Below, piece by piece: positions 63,441 through 64,000 of a stretch of 64,000 nt of DNA; the stretch's first letter is position 1; every line of letters starts with the position of its first letter. Both the position numbers and the translations under genes were made by a program. Location: contig NW_024704746.1 of NCBI RefSeq assembly GCF_018977255.1, positions 31,062,001-31,126,000 of the forward strand, read 5' to 3'. Below the pieces are notes generated by a model. That model worked only from the letters and a program-made list of their open reading frames with translations. It had not been told where the DNA came from and ran no database searches. The DNA comes from Callorhinchus milii. Taxonomy: Eukaryota.

Positions 63441-63803
63441 GGAGTCCTGTAGCTTAATGGCTAGCGTGCTCGCCTCGCAAGTGAGAGGACCTGGGTTTGA
63501 TTCCCGGGCAGGACGAAACATTGGGCAAGTTTCCTTACTCCACACGGCTCTGTTTACCGAGCAGTAAGTAGGAACCTGGTTGTTAGTCGATTGGTGGATC
63601 GCTTTTCCGGAGGTAATAATTCCTTAAAAAAAAATTCAAAATAAATTGCTTACTCATCCATGACTATTTGTGGGACGCTGCTGTGCGCAATTGGCTGTTG
63701 CGTTTCTCCCACAACATACACAGTCAATTCCCTTTACACTATATTCTCTGAAGCACTTTGAGACGTCTCAAAGACGTGATATATCAAATGCAAGGATTAT
63801 TAT
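63441..63803 (+). mobile_element. tRNA-derived SINE, long variant
   Basis: GGAGTCCTGTAGCTTAATGG head; TTGGGCAAGTTTCCTTACTCC..CTCTGTTTACCGAGCAGTAAGTAGG segment; tail. Confidence 0.9.
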
Positions 63804-64000
63804 TTGTGTATAATTTTTTTTATCAGCTTGTGTACTAGCTACATTAACATTTGAATTTTTTTAAAATTCAAAGTTCAATTTGTTTGCAAACTGAGAAAAT
63901 TGAGGAAAATGCGTCATTTCCCTAACTGCAAAGCTATTCACAGAAGGCTGAATGATGGCTAATTTATTTCTTCCATTATATTGTGGATACACTGAGTGGT

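Noticed and set aside
52550-64000. STK38L coding exons
   Set aside because: No MAMT..SNHTRERVTVAK or kinase motifs seen, so the gene identity rests on synteny only

Overview
Eukaryotic (vertebrate) genomic DNA, most likely a cartilaginous fish; the repeat content (DeuSINE/SacSINE1-like elements, a tRNA-headed SINE with a (TTA)n tail, L2 and CR1 LINE ends) suggests a chimaera or elephant-shark-type genome, which is an inference. Spliced genes were reconstructed by hand from GT/AG sites and recalled orthologue proteins. They are: the first coding exon of SLC17A8/VGLUT3 (-), complete FGFR1OP2 (+, 5 coding exons, 214 aa), complete TM7SF3 (-, 12 exons, about 580 aa) and complete MED21 (+, 4 exons, 144 aa). 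A CpG promoter and non-coding first exon at about 51.5-52.5 kb is probably STK38L by synteny only. Most ORFs in the six-frame track are repeat or low-complexity artefacts. I found no prokaryote-type system. The most interesting observations are: (1) SLC17A8 sits where INTS13 is in human, facing a promoter with a bidirectional signature, with a plausible donor/acceptor pair linking them; (2) oppositely oriented SINEs bracket the FGFR1OP2 start-codon exon; (3) all three CpG promoters contain minisatellites whose units are TF sites; (4) SINE subfamily evolution tracks the L2 3' tail; (5) nested MITE/LINE insertions and a fold-back L2-tail pair.
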